A stretch of 64,000 nt of DNA from the human T2T-CHM13v2.0 reference genome, Homo sapiens (GCF_009914755.1 NC_060927.1); one strand, 5' to 3'. Positions 29,993 to 45,192 are shown, numbered from the stretch's first letter. A program made the numbers and translations. Notes: generated by a model not told the origin, from the letters alone.

Positions 29993-30204
29993 CAGGGGTC
30001 AGCAATTGTTTTTTTTTGTTTTTTGTAAAGAACTAGATAGTAAATATTTTAGTCCATATGGTCTCTGTTGGAAATACTTTACTTTGCCATTAGCATGAAA
30101 GCAATCATAGAAAATATGTAAATAAATGAGTGTGGCTATGTTCCAACAAATTTCATTTACCTAAGCAGACAGGAGACCCACAGATTATAGTTTGCTGACC
30201 CCTG
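29993..30204. mobile_element. MER58A-type hAT-Charlie MITE
   Basis: TIRs caggggtcagcaa and ttgctgacccctg; internal atagtaaatattttag and gtggctatgttccaa. Confidence 0.85.
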
Positions 30205-31054
30205 GTATAATCCTTTGGACATAATTTCTTTCATCATGATAGTATTTGGGATAGGATCTTAGAAGGTTGCTATTTGGATAATTATTCTTTAGTTATATAA
30301 AGATGAAAAAAAAAACTTGTCTTAAATGTTCATATTGATTTGCAGTCTTGAGATAGCTTATTTTATCAAACCTCTCGTGAATCTGTTTGCTTTTTCCTCA
30401 CAAACCTGCTTGTGCGCCCCTTTCCCCCTATTCTTTTCAAAGATAAAAGGTTAAAGCAAGGAGTATTGGTTTAATTGATTTTTAAATTTTTGAAATGCCA
30501 TAAAAGTAGTGATTTTTAGATGTTAATGCAGTTGTAGGTGCTTAACGTAAGGCACATCACTTTTTGAGCCAAGTCGTAAGTGTCCCTTTGTGTGTAGTAT
30601 GGATTTGCTGAGAAGTGTCTGGATATTGTGTTATGGAAAATAAAGTTTTAGGGTTTAATTTTGCATATTTGATATTAAATAGAAGACCTATATGTTTGCT
30701 GCCACCTTCTTTTTTTCATTGTATGAACATACTGGTAATTTTTAAAAAAATAATAAAATATTACTGCTTTAAGGGATGGTAGGAGCAGTGTCAACCAAAA
30801 GTAAAACTGTGTGTGTGTGTGCATGTGTGGTGTGTGTGTGCACACATGTACGTATGTGAGTATGCACAGCATTCACATTAAGCAGTGTTAACTTTAACCT
30901 CCCCTGTTTAATGGATTTTTATAAAATCTTCTAATTGTGATCTGATATGCTTTCCCTTTTTTGTCAAGGGACGTTTTAGATTCCTTCAGCTTGTTCTGTT
31001 CCTTCTAGGTGATTGTATGTAAAAGGGAAAAATAACTATTTAATTATCTTTCAG

Positions 31055-31121
31055 GAATCATCATGTTGGTTGGCTGGTTACTGGGAAAAGATATCCTGGA
31101 AATGTTTACTATTAGTGTAAG
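31055..31121 (+). CDS. ATP2C1: ATP2C1 exon J (67 nt): (G)IIMLVGWLLGKDILEMFTISV+AG
   Basis: Boundaries tttcag|GA and TAAG|gtaagt; phases fit both neighbours. Confidence 0.96.
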
Positions 31122-31389
31122 GTAAGTCTCAATACTTTATAATTGGAGTCTCTTTTGCCTCTTTTATTTCTCTAATGGACATAGCTTACGTTTTATTATG
31201 GAGATCAGTATTACATGGAGCCCATAAGAGTATAACATCGCTACATAAATAGTTCAGAAGTCATATATTAAAATTATCCTTAGAAAAATGAAAATGTATG
31301 TATATGGTAATGAAGAAAACCCATACTAGATGTCTGGAATTACTAATGCATTATTGCCTTTTTATATATAAATATACAATTAAGGATTG

Positions 31390-31960
31390 TCAAATTGAAA
31401 ACTAGCAACATGAAAGAGAAAGTTCACAATATAGAAATTGAATAATCAATTTCAGAGGAAAACGAAACATTGAAGAAATGATGACAAATTTAAAAACCAA
31501 GTGTTTGTATTTTCAGAGACTTGTGAAGAAACTGCATCCATGAGATAAATTGTTGTAGAAAAGGATCAGAGAACAAAAAGAGTTTTTAGAAATTAAGATT
31601 ATGATTGTTGAAATTAAAAATTCAATTGTAGGGGTGTAATATAAATTCAAAGAGGTCTCCCCCCAAAAAGAGTAAAAAGTCTTAGAATGAGATAAAATGA
31701 TGAAGAGGAATAATTTCAGGAAATACCACTTGTAACTAATTGGAGTTTCAAAAATTACATAAGATATGACACACAAGTATTTTCTCAAGCTAAGGCAAAA
31801 AGTAAGTCTTTATAGATTGAAAGGATTCACTAAATACCAAGCAGAATGGAAAAAACTTCAACCTTGATACATAATTGTGAAACTAAAGAAGAAAAGTCAG
31901 GTCATCTACAAAGGAAGGGTAACTACGCTGGCATCAGACTTCTCATTAGCAACTGCAGTT
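31390..31960 (+). mobile_element. Ancient L1-like ORF1 relic (HAL1/L1ME type)
   Basis: A-rich, with gaaattaaaaattcaat, agattgaaagg...aaataccaagca and ggcatcagacttctc..tagcaac. Confidence 0.55.
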
Positions 31961-33267
31961 TCTACCACAGGATCTTTTTGGGTTCTTCTAAACATTCCAA
32001 CTCACAAGACTTTCACAGACCACATCTGATACCTGTGCCCTGAACACAGCAGGGTAACTTCAGGCAGCCTTCTCCTGAGAGTCCGCAGCAGTCCATGTAG
32101 CAATTCACTCAAGTACAAGGAGATAAGGTCAACCTTGTGAGTGTGGGATCTACCTTGGGTTAAAATATCTCGTGTTCTATGAGAGACGTATTTTGAAACA
32201 TGCATTTCCAGATGCCTGCAAAGGACATGTCTAGTTACAAGTTACTACACTTGAGAAACTCAAAGCTATGATTTCCTATAAGATAATTATAACTTTCCTA
32301 GTCCAGAGAGATTTTATTAGTCAGGGGATCCCTTAATCATAGCAGTGTTATCTAGCAGCATACTTGACATATTATTCTTACCAGGTCACTAGGTGAACAG
32401 AACTAGAGTTAATCAAATCCAGAAGGGGAAGATTATTTTATTAACTGTTCATCCACAGCAACATCAGATTGCATTAGAATAAGTGGAGCCGTGGTAACAA
32501 ATTAGGGGGGCAATTGATCATAAATCTGTAAATTGGGCCTAGCCAAAGGATTGGTCCAATTAGTGACAAATAGGTAGGCAAGTACTCAGAACATTCATTT
32601 CCTACCCATCCTTATATGAATTCCAGCAAAACAAGGGTGAAAGAAAGGAAGATGATAATAGACATAAGAAAGGGCAAGAACTTACTTAGGCATCTAAGAA
32701 AAAGAAATCCTGGTAGACCTCTGTTGTAGGCATATGAAATATTTCAAATATTAGAACAAAAGTCAATGTCTTTCAAAAAGAAAAGTCAAATAGATTACAA
32801 GGAATCAGAATGAATAAGAAGTAAAAAGATATTTGTGATATAGTGAAAGAATGTGTTTTTTTTTTTCTCAAGGGAGGGGGTGAAAATGCAATTTGAAACT
32901 CTTGGTTTAAATTTGTGTTTAAAAACGCCATGGGTTAAATATAAAATACATTTAAAATGGGGAATAAGTTTGAGATATTAAACATTGACATATTATCCAT
33001 TGGATCATTTTTAGTTTTTGAGGATTTGGGTTTTTTTTTTTTGAGTTCTGTTTGTACAGATTGACATATCATAACTTCTGTTCTTTCTTCAAGGTCTTCC
33101 AAAGGACAAGATACTTAAAAATTTTCAAATAGAATAAAACTCATTCTATTTTGCAATTCTGTTTTGCAGTATGGATCCATTGGAATCTTTTATAAGTATA
33201 AGCTACATTATGGGACCTTTAATGATCCTATTTTTCCTCTTTCTTGAAGTATTTTACAATTTCTTCA

Positions 33268-34497
33268 CCCTAGGAATTATTTTAACAATTATTTGCAAGA
33301 GTGCTGAAGATGACTAAAACAATAAGAAAGCAGAAAAATGATGGAATCATTGAGAAGGTTGATGTAATAATAAAGTAAATAATCACTATTCTCTTATTCT
33401 TTAGTTTTCTTATTGTGTTGCCTAAAGTATTGCATCATTTAAGAAGGTGTAAAAGAAGTCTAAAGGCACAATCTTTAGGTTTGTTTGTTACAGCTTTCAT
33501 TGAACAAAAATGAGAATTCAGAATTTTTCACTTTCTACTATAATGGCAAAGAGAATAATTGACAGAGAAGACTTTTCACAATTATTAGACAAATCAGAAG
33601 ATCAGTGCAAAGAGCCAAATAGAAGCACTGTAGGCCGTAATGATGTGGGTGAAATTAATAATATAAGTGAAATCTCAAGACTGAGTCTTTGGATGATGAT
33701 ACTCTAGATCTTCTCAAACACCTTAATTTTGATGAGTGAGCAATCTGTTTTTAAGGACAAAAAAGAAACAGGTATTCTCTTCCAGTTAATCATTCTGCAG
33801 CAAGGACTCTATCATGTAGTAGTTTTCAGCAAGAATCTGGACCATCTCTTTTAGCTAAACGAATGCATGACCCTATTTCATTCATCTTTTATGATGCTTG
33901 TTTATCAGCATTGACTTCATACTGCTTTTAAGTGGAGAAATGCTGAAGGCTGGTATGAATATAAAAGTGATTAAAAGGAAATAGATTATGCAGAAGTAGA
34001 AAAATTCATTGGATTCATCATTGTAATTGGTGTTTATAAATCTAAAATTGAAAATGTTTTGCAGTCATGGACCAAAGAAGATAACTGTTCTCTTTTCAAC
34101 ACAATTGGGAGCCATCAGTGGTTTTAGAAGTGTTGCAATTTGACAGAACAAATGCAAGAAAGAAGAACTAGATTAATAAGCTAGCGCCTGTTAGAAATAT
34201 TTTTTGAAATCTGAAATCAATATTTATAAGATAAATATGTTCCAAGTTCACCAAAAGCAGTAGATGAGCAGTTAGTTGCATCCAAAAGATGTTACCCATT
34301 TCAGGTATAGATGCCTTCAAGTCCAGGAATAGTTTTGGGTTATCATTAAAATGAAAATTTAGAGTGAAGTTTTTTTACAATTTAATTATTCCTCTGCAAA
34401 GTTTTGCTAAGATGACTTAAATATAAAAGATTGAAAAGATTCGTTGTATCTAGATTGTAAGTGATAATGCCTGTTTTTCCTTAATGGAAGCATTAAA
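33268..34497 (+). mobile_element. Looper-like piggyBac DNA transposon fossil
   Basis: Decayed piggyBac transposase on +: EIDYAEVEKFIGFIIVIGVYK...W (from 33978), KLAPVRNIF, then YVPSSPKAVDEQLVASKRCYPFQV*MPSSPG (Asp at 34263), with stops and frameshifts. Boundaries are approximate. Confidence 0.8.
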
Positions 34498-34914
34498 AAA
34501 AAAAAAAAAAGAAAAGAAAAAAGAAAAAAAAGGATTCCATTTGAACTAGGAACATTCTCTTTGAGTAGCCCAAAGGAGAAAAGGAAGTATTAATGATAAT
34601 ACATATTTCTTGACTCTTCAGTGTGTATTGTTTAGCCAATAATGTTGTTGCTTATGTGCTTTCAACTTTAAAATCAACCAGTAAATAAAGCATGAAAAAG
34701 TCAATTACGGTTATAGAAAAGGATGCTAATGTACTAGATTATGCAAAGAAAAAGTTGGTAATGGAAATTAGGAAGTAGAAGCAGCAGAGGGAACAGTGGT
34801 AGAATGAAGGGTTAAATTGCTTATGTCCTTATTTCTAGCAGATCAAGAAATAGTATTTGGAATGGCACAAAGAAAGACTTGTTATTTTTTAATTATAAAA
34901 GGCGAGTGAAATAA

Positions 34915-35420
34915 TTCTTTAAACTGTGATAAAATACGCATATTATAAAATTTACAGTTTTAAAGAGTTAATTTGGTGGAGTTAAGTATGGTCGCAATGT
35001 TTTACAACTGTTAACCGCTATCTAGATTCAGAACCTTTTCATCATGCCAGAAGAAAACCCTGTACACATTAAGCAGTCACTCCCCAGTTTTCCTCTTCCC
35101 CTAGTCCCTGGCAACCACTCACTAATCTGCTATCTCTATGGATTTGCCTATTCTAGATATTTCATATAAATGAAATGATATAATATGGGACCTTTTGTAT
35201 CTGTCTTTTTTCACTTAGCATAATGTTTTCAAGGTTTATTCATGTTGTAGCATGTGTTAGTACTTCATTCCTTTTTGTGGCTAAAGTAATACTCCATTGC
35301 ATGGATGTCACAATTTTACATTTATCAGTTGATGAATATTTGGCCTGTTTCCATCTTTTGGCTATCGTGAATAGTGTTGCCGTGAACATTCATGTATGAG
35401 TTTTTGTTTGAACATTTGTA
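34915..35420 (-). mobile_element. L1MB-type 3' end
   Basis: cagaaccttttcatca...aagcagtcactcccc...ccctggcaaccact...ggatttgcctattctagatatttcatataaatg. Confidence 0.85.
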
Positions 35421-35423
35421 GTT

Positions 35424-35566
35424 ATCTGTATTTTATAGATGAGGACAGTAAACTACAGAGCTAGATTAGTAAGTAGCCCAGGATCACACAAGTAAGAGAT
35501 GGTGAAGCCAGGGATACAAATCCAGGCAATTTGATGTCAGAACCTACATTTTTTAACCACTGTGCT
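35424..35566 (-). mobile_element. MIR fragment
   Basis: attttatagatgagga...gcccaggatcacaca...aatccaggca...ttaaccactgtgct. Confidence 0.75.
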
Positions 35567-35725
35567 TAACCTGGCAGCTACTAGGTATCCAGTAAATGTT
35601 AACTTTCTCTTCCTTTTGAGAAGTTTATTTTTTAGGTATTGACTATATTAATTTTGCGTTTTATTAAGCTTTAAGTAACATCCAATTTAAATTTTGCTGT
35701 GAGTGCTGTTTAACCTACATTTTAA

Positions 35726-35911
<186 letters not shown>

Positions 35912-36712
35912 TAAGTTTATGTCAATAGTGAATCATCTCAGAGTTTTACAGTTTTTATCTTAGAGATTTGCATAATGATGTTTGGCTTATGGCAAAATTG
36001 GATATGGTTTTAACAACCAAAAAAGGCAATTAAAAATTCCTATCCCTTAGGTGAGGGGACTTGAAGAGAAATCTTTCTACATCATGTTCTAATGCACAAA
36101 TCATGTTAAGAAAATCCATACAACAACTGAAATCTTGGAGTAAAATTAATAGAATTTTTTTCTTGTGACATGTCAAAGAAGATAATGTATTATTACAGAT
36201 CCCAAATGTCATACTTGAGTTGAATTTGCCTGTAAGAACAGTAAATTTACAGTAGTTATATTGCTGTAACAAAACTTTATGTGCAATATGCTTTGAAACT
36301 CCAAAAATGTACTGAATTTAATTTCTAGTTTGTATTTTAATATCTTCTCCATATATGAGAAGCTGAAATACCTTGAAAAATCCTGATTGAAGAAATTATA
36401 CGGGTTTATATTTAGAAACTCTCCAAACTTTCTAGAAAAGATGTTATATAAGATCATTACATAAAGCTAATGTGAAGTAGCTTTGTAGAAACTAACTGTA
36501 TATAAATAAGAACATGTCATCATCTAATTTTTATTTTTAATTTCAGAAACTGTACCTTATGCTGAAACAAGCATAATGAGAGAAGTTAATCTAAAATTAA
36601 CAATGAGTTTGATTTCTATAAAATTCAGAGAAGTAGGACAGGATTCTAGTCTTTGATTTGTTTTTTAAGTGAACCTATATTTCTCCTTGATTCTTTTGGT
36701 GACTTGTAATGA

Positions 36713-36925
<213 letters not shown>

Positions 36926-36984
36926 TAAATTAGTAGTGGAGTTATTTTCTCTCTCTGTGATTTTACCAAGTCTTTGTCTCATTC

Positions 36985-37703
36985 CACTTGTACACTTGTT
37001 CAATCCAAAAACTTTGATTCCTCCTTGACATCTCTCTTTCAGTCACCCCTTCATCTATCCATAATCAAATCCTACCAATTTTGACTTCCTAAAGAATTTT
37101 CCCAGCCATCTACTTTATAGCCAGCTTCTTTAAGTTACCGCCATTTCTCACCTGCCATTCTGATAAAGCTTTTTGACTGGTCTTTTTCCATTCTTGATGC
37201 CCTCACTCCATAAGCAGTTTGAGGGATCTTTTTAGAACCAAATTTTAAGCATGTCACTCCATAAATTAAGGTACTCCAATGGTTTTCCATTGTGATCAGG
37301 ATCCTGAACTGTGGCGTCTCAAAGCCGTACATGTTCTGTCCCTTATTTTCTCCTCTATCCTTATATGCTACCCTTTGCTTTCTGTGCACCAAGTATACTG
37401 GCTTTATAGTTCTTTCGATGTGACACAATTATTCCTACTTTAAGAACTTTGCTGCCTTTGTCACTGTTTAGGATAGTCTAATGCCTCTTCATCCTTTGCA
37501 CCTTAATTCCAACCCACTTCTTCAGAACACCCAGAAGTGGCCCTATGTTATATGTTGTCTTAGCATTTCATACCTCTTAGTCCTTATCTTAGGTAAAATT
37601 TTCTGTCCCTTTTCCCCATTATAAGAGAGCAGGAGCTATATTGCCTAGCACACAGCCTGCTTCATAGTAATAAATACTCGATAAATGAATGAATGAATGA
37701 ATC
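36985..37703 (+). mobile_element. L2 3' region
   Basis: tccttgacatctctct...catgtcactcc...ctccaatggttttccat...ends in (tgaa)n. Confidence 0.75.
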
Positions 37704-38196
37704 ACTTTATTTTAACAATTATATATTGATACATTGTCTCTTAAGTGCACATCACTGTGCAGTAGTTCTTCCTGAAGGTGCTTATGGACAGGTCTAATCC
37801 TACTCAGTCTATGCAGGATTTCTGACTGGAATGCTCTTAACACTACTTATGTTGGGTACAGTGATTTAAAATGTATTTATAGCTAATTCATTGAGAAAAA
37901 TAAGCAGTAGGCAAATTGACAGAAGTTGTACTTGGGTTTATTTACGTCCATTTTACATAGGTTTTGAAAAGAGACTCTTGATATTTACGGTGTTAGATCT
38001 GGTCAAAGATCCCCCATGCTGTGTTGGTGAATGTGCCCTTTCTGGATGATTCAGAAGGGTCATTGGGATTACATGTGCTTATATGATCCAGGTATGGAAG
38101 GTAGAATATTAGTTTTTCTTTTGTTTTAAGGTCATGCTATATGTAATGCATTAACTATTTGTTAATTGTTTTATCTCTCAATTAATGTCATTAAAC

Positions 38197-38337
38197 ATTT
38201 TTTATTTATTTTTATTTTTAATAGAGATGGATCTTGCTTTGTTGCCCAGGCTGGTCTTGAACTCCTGGGCTAAAGTGATTCTCCTGTCCCAGCCTCCCAA
38301 GTGTTAGGATTACAGATGTGAGCCACCACACCTGGCC
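38197..38337 (-). mobile_element. FLAM/Alu monomer, antisense
   Basis: Single arm: tagagatgga...gttgcccagg...gaactcctgggct...gagccaccacacctggcc. Confidence 0.88.
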
Positions 38338-38922
38338 ACTAAATTGTATGATTTTTATTGTGAAATTTCTTTTCGTTTGGCTTGGTTTGTTCTAGACATA
38401 TGATATAAATACCTGGTTTGTCTCTACCTCTGATTTTTAAAATTGGTGTGTAATATGCTGTGTTAAAGTGATTTGTAAGTGCTAGCATATATCTCAATGT
38501 CTCCAGGCCTGCATGTTTGCAAAAAGAATACTGCTTTTGTCTAAGTCACAGCTTTGTGTTGTATGTTACATATGGTAATGCATTTGAGTTCTTTGCAAAC
38601 TGTAGTATGCTATATAAGTGTAATGTCATATAAGTTTAAGCTTACTTATGTATATTTTCATAGCTTATTCTTTTAACAGTATATTGTAATTAGAAAACAA
38701 TGTCTTTTTAGATTAATAATTGTGATGAGAATTAGAATCTATATTTCTTTACTAAATGTCCTTTTTAAAGACAAATTTTTATGCTTTTCTAGGTGAACAC
38801 TTTTAACAGTGTCATTATAAATAAAATGAACAGAACTCATTATAGTTTTTGGGTTTTATAGGTCTTGTCACCACCAAGTGTTTGTAGTGTTTGTATTATT
38901 GATCCCACTTTGTGATCTTTAG

Positions 38923-39063
<141 letters not shown>

Positions 39064-39107
39064 TAAGACACAGTGATAGGTTCATAGTTTATGTGTATTT
39101 TTCTTAG

Positions 39108-39206
<99 letters not shown>

Positions 39207-41069
39207 TAAATTTCTCTTCTTTGACATTTGAGACACTGCCCTCACAACAGAATGCAGTGTCATCAATTTCAGTATTACTGGTTTTTAGGTATTGAGTGAA
39301 AAAAACTCATACTATTTCATTGTTTTTACTATCTTTTAGGTATCAGTTTTATTCCTATAAATGTAAAGTATAGACTTTTTTCAGTATAACTTTATTGTTC
39401 ACATGCAAGTTACAAACTAATGAGCAGTCATTGATTTCTTGTGAAGAAATGTTCCTGTCTTCCACAATGTTGAGATCTACATGTGAAATACTTTATAAAT
39501 GTGTGTAATTGCTGATAAATACTAACTTTTGAATGAATAAAAGGCAACATTCTTTAGTATTTCTATGTAAAGATAATAACACAGTCATGAGAAAATAGCT
39601 TTGTTTTCCCAGTCTTTCCTTTCTCTCCTTTGTTAATTTCTCAAAATGATTGTGAAGTTATAATTTGTTTTGGGGAGAAGAAGTCTCAGTTAACTTTTCA
39701 TCTGTCCCAATCCGTCTCCTTATCCCCTAAGTCCTATATTTGATTCAGTGAGAAACCTAGTAAGTCCAGCCTGTCACTCATAACAAAAATAACTATTCCT
39801 ACCTTTAAGAGTATTCAGAGAAAATTTTGATACTTGTATAAAGCAAGAGGTTTCTAAATGAGGTTGCTTGAAATGAGAGACAGTACAGAATTACAGGTTA
39901 TTATAACATATTTAATGAAATAAAATTGATAGTTTTAGAATATATAGTTTCCTTGGCAGAAAAGCACATTTCTGTATCATTTGGTCTCCTTACAACTAAA
40001 ACAGCATAGTACTCAAAACATGAATCCGTTATCAAGTATTTCCTGTGTTATGCTTATAAAGATATTAGTTTCTTTGAGGGATAAAGAATATGAAACTATC
40101 TTTTTATGGGCAGAGACCTCACATTTTAGGTAGGGAATTTATATTGACATTCTTGAGACAAAAGGCAGTCCAAGACAGCAGACACTGAAATCTTAAACAC
40201 TGAGTCACATATAAGATAAGAACAATGCAAATTCAGAGCTGGGATATGAGGGCTTTGAAGGATAGGAAGGGTTTAGATGAGATAAGCTAGGGAATGAACT
40301 AAAGTAGAAGTAGAGAGGAATAAAAGAGCATAGAGTTGGTTGTGGCTAATGAGTTGGCCAAACTGGATGAAATGAAACGTATTTGCACGACCAGGAGGAT
40401 TTTTATAGACGCTGTATGTGGTGGGTTTCTGGAGAACCTTTAAGGCCAAGAAGAGCCTGAACATGTTTCAGTAGAAAGTAGAAAGCAATACATGGTAGAA
40501 TTTTGAGTAGTTTAAACATTTTTGATATTTGGAAGATATTTTTTGATATTTTTGATATTTAGATATTTGATATTGATGCAAAGGCTATTAGGAGGGAAAA
40601 CAACAACATGACTGGTAGTATTCAGGATATAAAGTGGTAGAGGGTAAGGGACTAGGATGATAACAGGTGAGCCATTTGAGTCCCTAAGAAGTGAGAGATT
40701 TAATCTAAAACTTCTATTGATCATAAAAATACATGCTCAGAATTGGTTGGGTACTTTTATTTATTTATATCCTGCTTCCTTTCAGAATTTGAGTGGGTAG
40801 AGGGATTAATACAGTGTGTATGGGAGGTTTAGTCAGCGTACAATCCAGAAAACCTGCCTTAGACTATATCTACATACCTGGGCTTTCATGTTGAAAATGT
40901 ATGCTGATGTGTAGGGAAGTACAGTATATATAGATGGAGCATTTACTATTTCACTATTAACTGAAAAATAATCCAGCCAACCTAGTTACAAGTGGTGACC
41001 CTTGTTCTTTGTTAAAGGAAAAAATAATCACATATAGGTGAGAATTAACTTTCTCTTTGTGCCATATAG

Positions 41070-41285
<216 letters not shown>

Positions 41286-41731
41286 TAAAGTACATGTAAT
41301 TAATAGTACACTCATCTCTTAATTGTTTGTGTTCTCTTTGATAGTCTTTCCTTATAGAATCCATGCATAGATATATTCATGGAGTTGCTGCTGTGTGAGC
41401 AAACAGCTTAAATGAGTTGTAGCCTAGTCTCAGTCTCCTGAAGCTTGTGACATCAGATTTTTTCAGAATTTTTTCTCTTCTTCATGACAGTTCCTTATAA
41501 GGTCTTTGCAGACTGTGTTTCAATCTGTGTTCTTTCACTGAAGGAATGTCTTATCTTTAGAACAAATGAAGCCACCTTACTTTTTGAAAAGTAGTTTGCA
41601 AATGTATGTCATTCATGTTGATTACTCCAGCTTACAAGCTGACAAAATGACATACCGATATTTTAAGCCGCCACCTTGTTCCTGGGTGCTTGAGAAATTT
41701 TTCCAGTTAGTGTAATAAGAGTTCTGAATTA

Positions 41732-42147
<416 letters not shown>

Positions 42148-42191
<44 letters not shown>
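42148..42191. repeat. (AC)22 microsatellite
   Basis: Perfect dinucleotide run between two oppositely oriented Alus. Confidence 0.97.
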
Positions 42192-42195
<4 letters not shown>

Positions 42196-42204
42196 AAACT
42201 TTCC

Positions 42205-42475
42205 TTCACTCTTTTGCCTAGGCTGAGTGCAGTGGCGTGACCTCGGGTCACTGCAACCTCAACCTCCCCTGGCACAAGTGATCTTCCCACTTCAGCTTCC
42301 CAAGTAGCTGGGACTGTAAGCACGTGCCACCATACCTGGCTAATTTTGCTAATTTTTTGTAGAGATGGGATCTCATTGTGTTTCCTAGGCTGGTCTTGAA
42401 CCCCTGGACTCACATGATCCTCCACCTTGGCCTCCCAGAGTGCTGGGATTGCAGGCGTGAGCCACCATGCCTGGA
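42205..42475 (-). mobile_element. AluJ, antisense
   Basis: gcctaggctgagtgcagtgg...caagtgatcttcccac...gagccaccatgcctgg. Confidence 0.9.
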
Positions 42476-43781
42476 CTTATTTGTTATTTTTATAGTTCCT
42501 TTGACAGGAATGACTAGTTGGTTATATGTTTTTACCTATGAGCAAACACATGATTTTTGCATGTGATACCTATGATTACGTCTCTATAGAAAACAGGAAT
42601 GAAGGGATCTCCCTTCATTCATATAAGTGGAAACATACAGTTTTTAAAAGAAAGGCCAGGTTGGTTAACACTGAACTTTGAATTGAAGTCTTCCAGGAAC
42701 TATGTTCATGAGGGCCAAAAAAAAGATTTCCGTCTATTCTTTAAAGGAACTTTTACAAGCTTAGGTGAAAGAAGACAATTGGAAATAAAACTATGAAAAT
42801 ACAATACCTTTCACTTTAAACGTTTTAATGTAAAGCTTTCAGAAATTGCATTAAACTTAGGCGATTTTCAGCTGATGTCCCTTAACCACATAGTTATATG
42901 GCAAGCATATGCATATGACTTTTTTTGATAGGTCTATTTCATTACATTTTGTAAACCATCACACGGTACCTCAAGATAGTGTGGCTCATGTAATGTTTAA
43001 TAATTTTACTTTTCAGGAACTTTTAATGTAATCTACCAAAGTTTTACATTGGAAGATTAAATCTTCTTAGTTGTGGGAGTGGGGGACAGAAAGTGGCAGG
43101 ATATGTTTGGAAACATTTGATTATTCTTCACACTTGCTGACCTGAAGAGTTCCTCTTGCAAGTGAAAACCAACCAGTGAAATGAACAAACAAAACCCAAC
43201 CCACAGATGTGACTCAGGATCTAGAAGAAGTCATCCTGACACAGATAGGGAAACTTAACATTTTAAAAGTAACTTCAGTGGCTCAGATAGTTTGCTTTTA
43301 AAGGACTTTCACTTGAACATGACAATATATATTTATCTCTACTATCTCCCTGGAACCCACCAAAATTACTAACAAGGAATAAAAGATATAAACTCAGAAA
43401 GTATAGGGAAGATTCAAAGGTGCCAGGTACCTTTGAAGGCAGGGAGTAAGGCATAAGGCTAAAAATAGTAGAGAAATTTGAAATTCTGAATAAGGAACCA
43501 ATAGAACTCCCCCAAGTACCTTTGCTGCTTCTTTAGGCCAGACGGTTAGCCTTCCTTTACCCCTGTGGAACACCAGAAATCTGGGGATAAGAGTAGAGGG
43601 TAGGATTAAGCCTTAAGACTGAAAACAGAATGATTAAGAAGATGTCATTGTCCTGAAGGATAAAGCCCTAGTTCTTAACACCATTTGTCTCTTGGAATAC
43701 ATGAAGGCTGGCATCTCCCTACTGTCATTCCCTAAGTAAGAAGATTCAAGAGTTTTAGAAAAGCTGCCTGGTCTCGTAAGG

Positions 43782-44104
43782 CAGTGGTCCCCAGCCTTTT
43801 TGGCACCAGGGACTGGTTTCCTGGAACTCTTCCACAGGCAGGGGATGGTTTTGCGATGACACTGGTCCACCTCAGATCCTCAGGCATTAGATTCTCTTAA
43901 GGAGTGCACAACCTAGATCCCTTGCATGTGTAGTTCACGATAGGGTTCCTGCTTCTATGAGAATCTCAGGCCCTGGCTGACCTGACAGGAGATTGAGCTC
44001 AGGCAGTAGTGCTCTCTTGCCTGCAGCCCACTTCTTCTTTGTGGCTGGGTTCCTAACATACCATGGACTGTACTGGTCCACTGCCTGGGAGTTGGGGAGC
44101 CCTG
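43782..44104. mobile_element. MER1B hAT-Charlie element
   Basis: TIRs cagtggtccccagcc and agttggggagccctg. 8-bp TSD tcgtaagg (43774-43781) and tcataagg (44105-44112). Confidence 0.9.
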
Positions 44105-44256
44105 TCATAAGGGGCACCTTTGAGCTAAGCTCTTTGTTCATTGGAAGCACTTACCTACTCCTGGACTTCATCTCATCACCCTACAGCAAGGCTTACCAGT
44201 TGATCCTTAGCTCTGCCAGTGCTCATGGAGCTTCTAGTCTTTTAGTTTCTTCACTC

Positions 44257-44615
44257 TTTTTTTTTTTTTTATATACTTTAAGTTTTAGGGTACATGTGCA
44301 CAATGTGCCGGTTAGTTACATATGTATACATGTGCCATGCTGGTGTGCTGCACCCATTAACTCATCATTTAGCATTAGGTATATCTCCTAATGCTATCCC
44401 TCCCCCTCCCCCCACCCCACAACAGTCCCCAGAGTGTTCTTCCTGTGTCCATGTGTTCTCATTGTTCACTTCTCATCTATGAGTGAGAACATGCGGTGTT
44501 TGGTTTTTTGTCCTTGCGATAGTTTACTGAGAATGATGATTTCCAGTTTCATCCATGTCCCTACAAAGGACATGAACTCATCATTTTTTATGGCTGCATA
44601 GTATTCCATGGTGTA
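44257..44615 (-). mobile_element. 5'-truncated young L1PA (PA2-4-like) 3' end
   Basis: T tail, then tatactttaagttttagggtacatgtgcac...ttagttac...gtccccagagtg...gtattccatggtgtat. Confidence 0.92.
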
Positions 44616-45192
44616 TTAAATACAAGTGAACAGGGAGGGATTACTAGATACTTGGAGAAAATCTTTAGTATGAAAGCCAAAGACCAAACCAACAGAGAAA
44701 GGGATCTTAGAGAAAGGTAGTGGCAGATGCTGAAGAAAATTTCCAAAAACCATAAAAAAGACAAAATAACTTTCAATAAAATGTTTACTAAATAAAGTCA
44801 AGAAATGTATCAAAGTAGAACAGAAAGTCAAAGACATGTACAGTATAAAAGGTAAGAAAAATCAAAACAAATACAGAAGATCCAGTAATTACCCCATAGT
44901 GGTAATAGGAAGGGTAATAGGAATAGGTAATAGGAAGAAAGAACAGAAAATGAGAAGATTTTATCAACTAATGCTGGAAAATTTTCCAGAATGAAAAGAC
45001 TTTAGCATCTAGAATAAAGTGGCCCACCAACAGCTCAGCACAATATGTATGTTAAAGCAGAGTGGGGTGAGGGATAAACACAAGACCCATAATTAAGAAA
45101 TTTGAGGACACTTGGAGAGGGAGAATTCGAAGAGCTTCTAGAGAGCTTTAAGCAAAGGGGAGATCATATAAAAGGGCTTAGGAACTAAAGTA

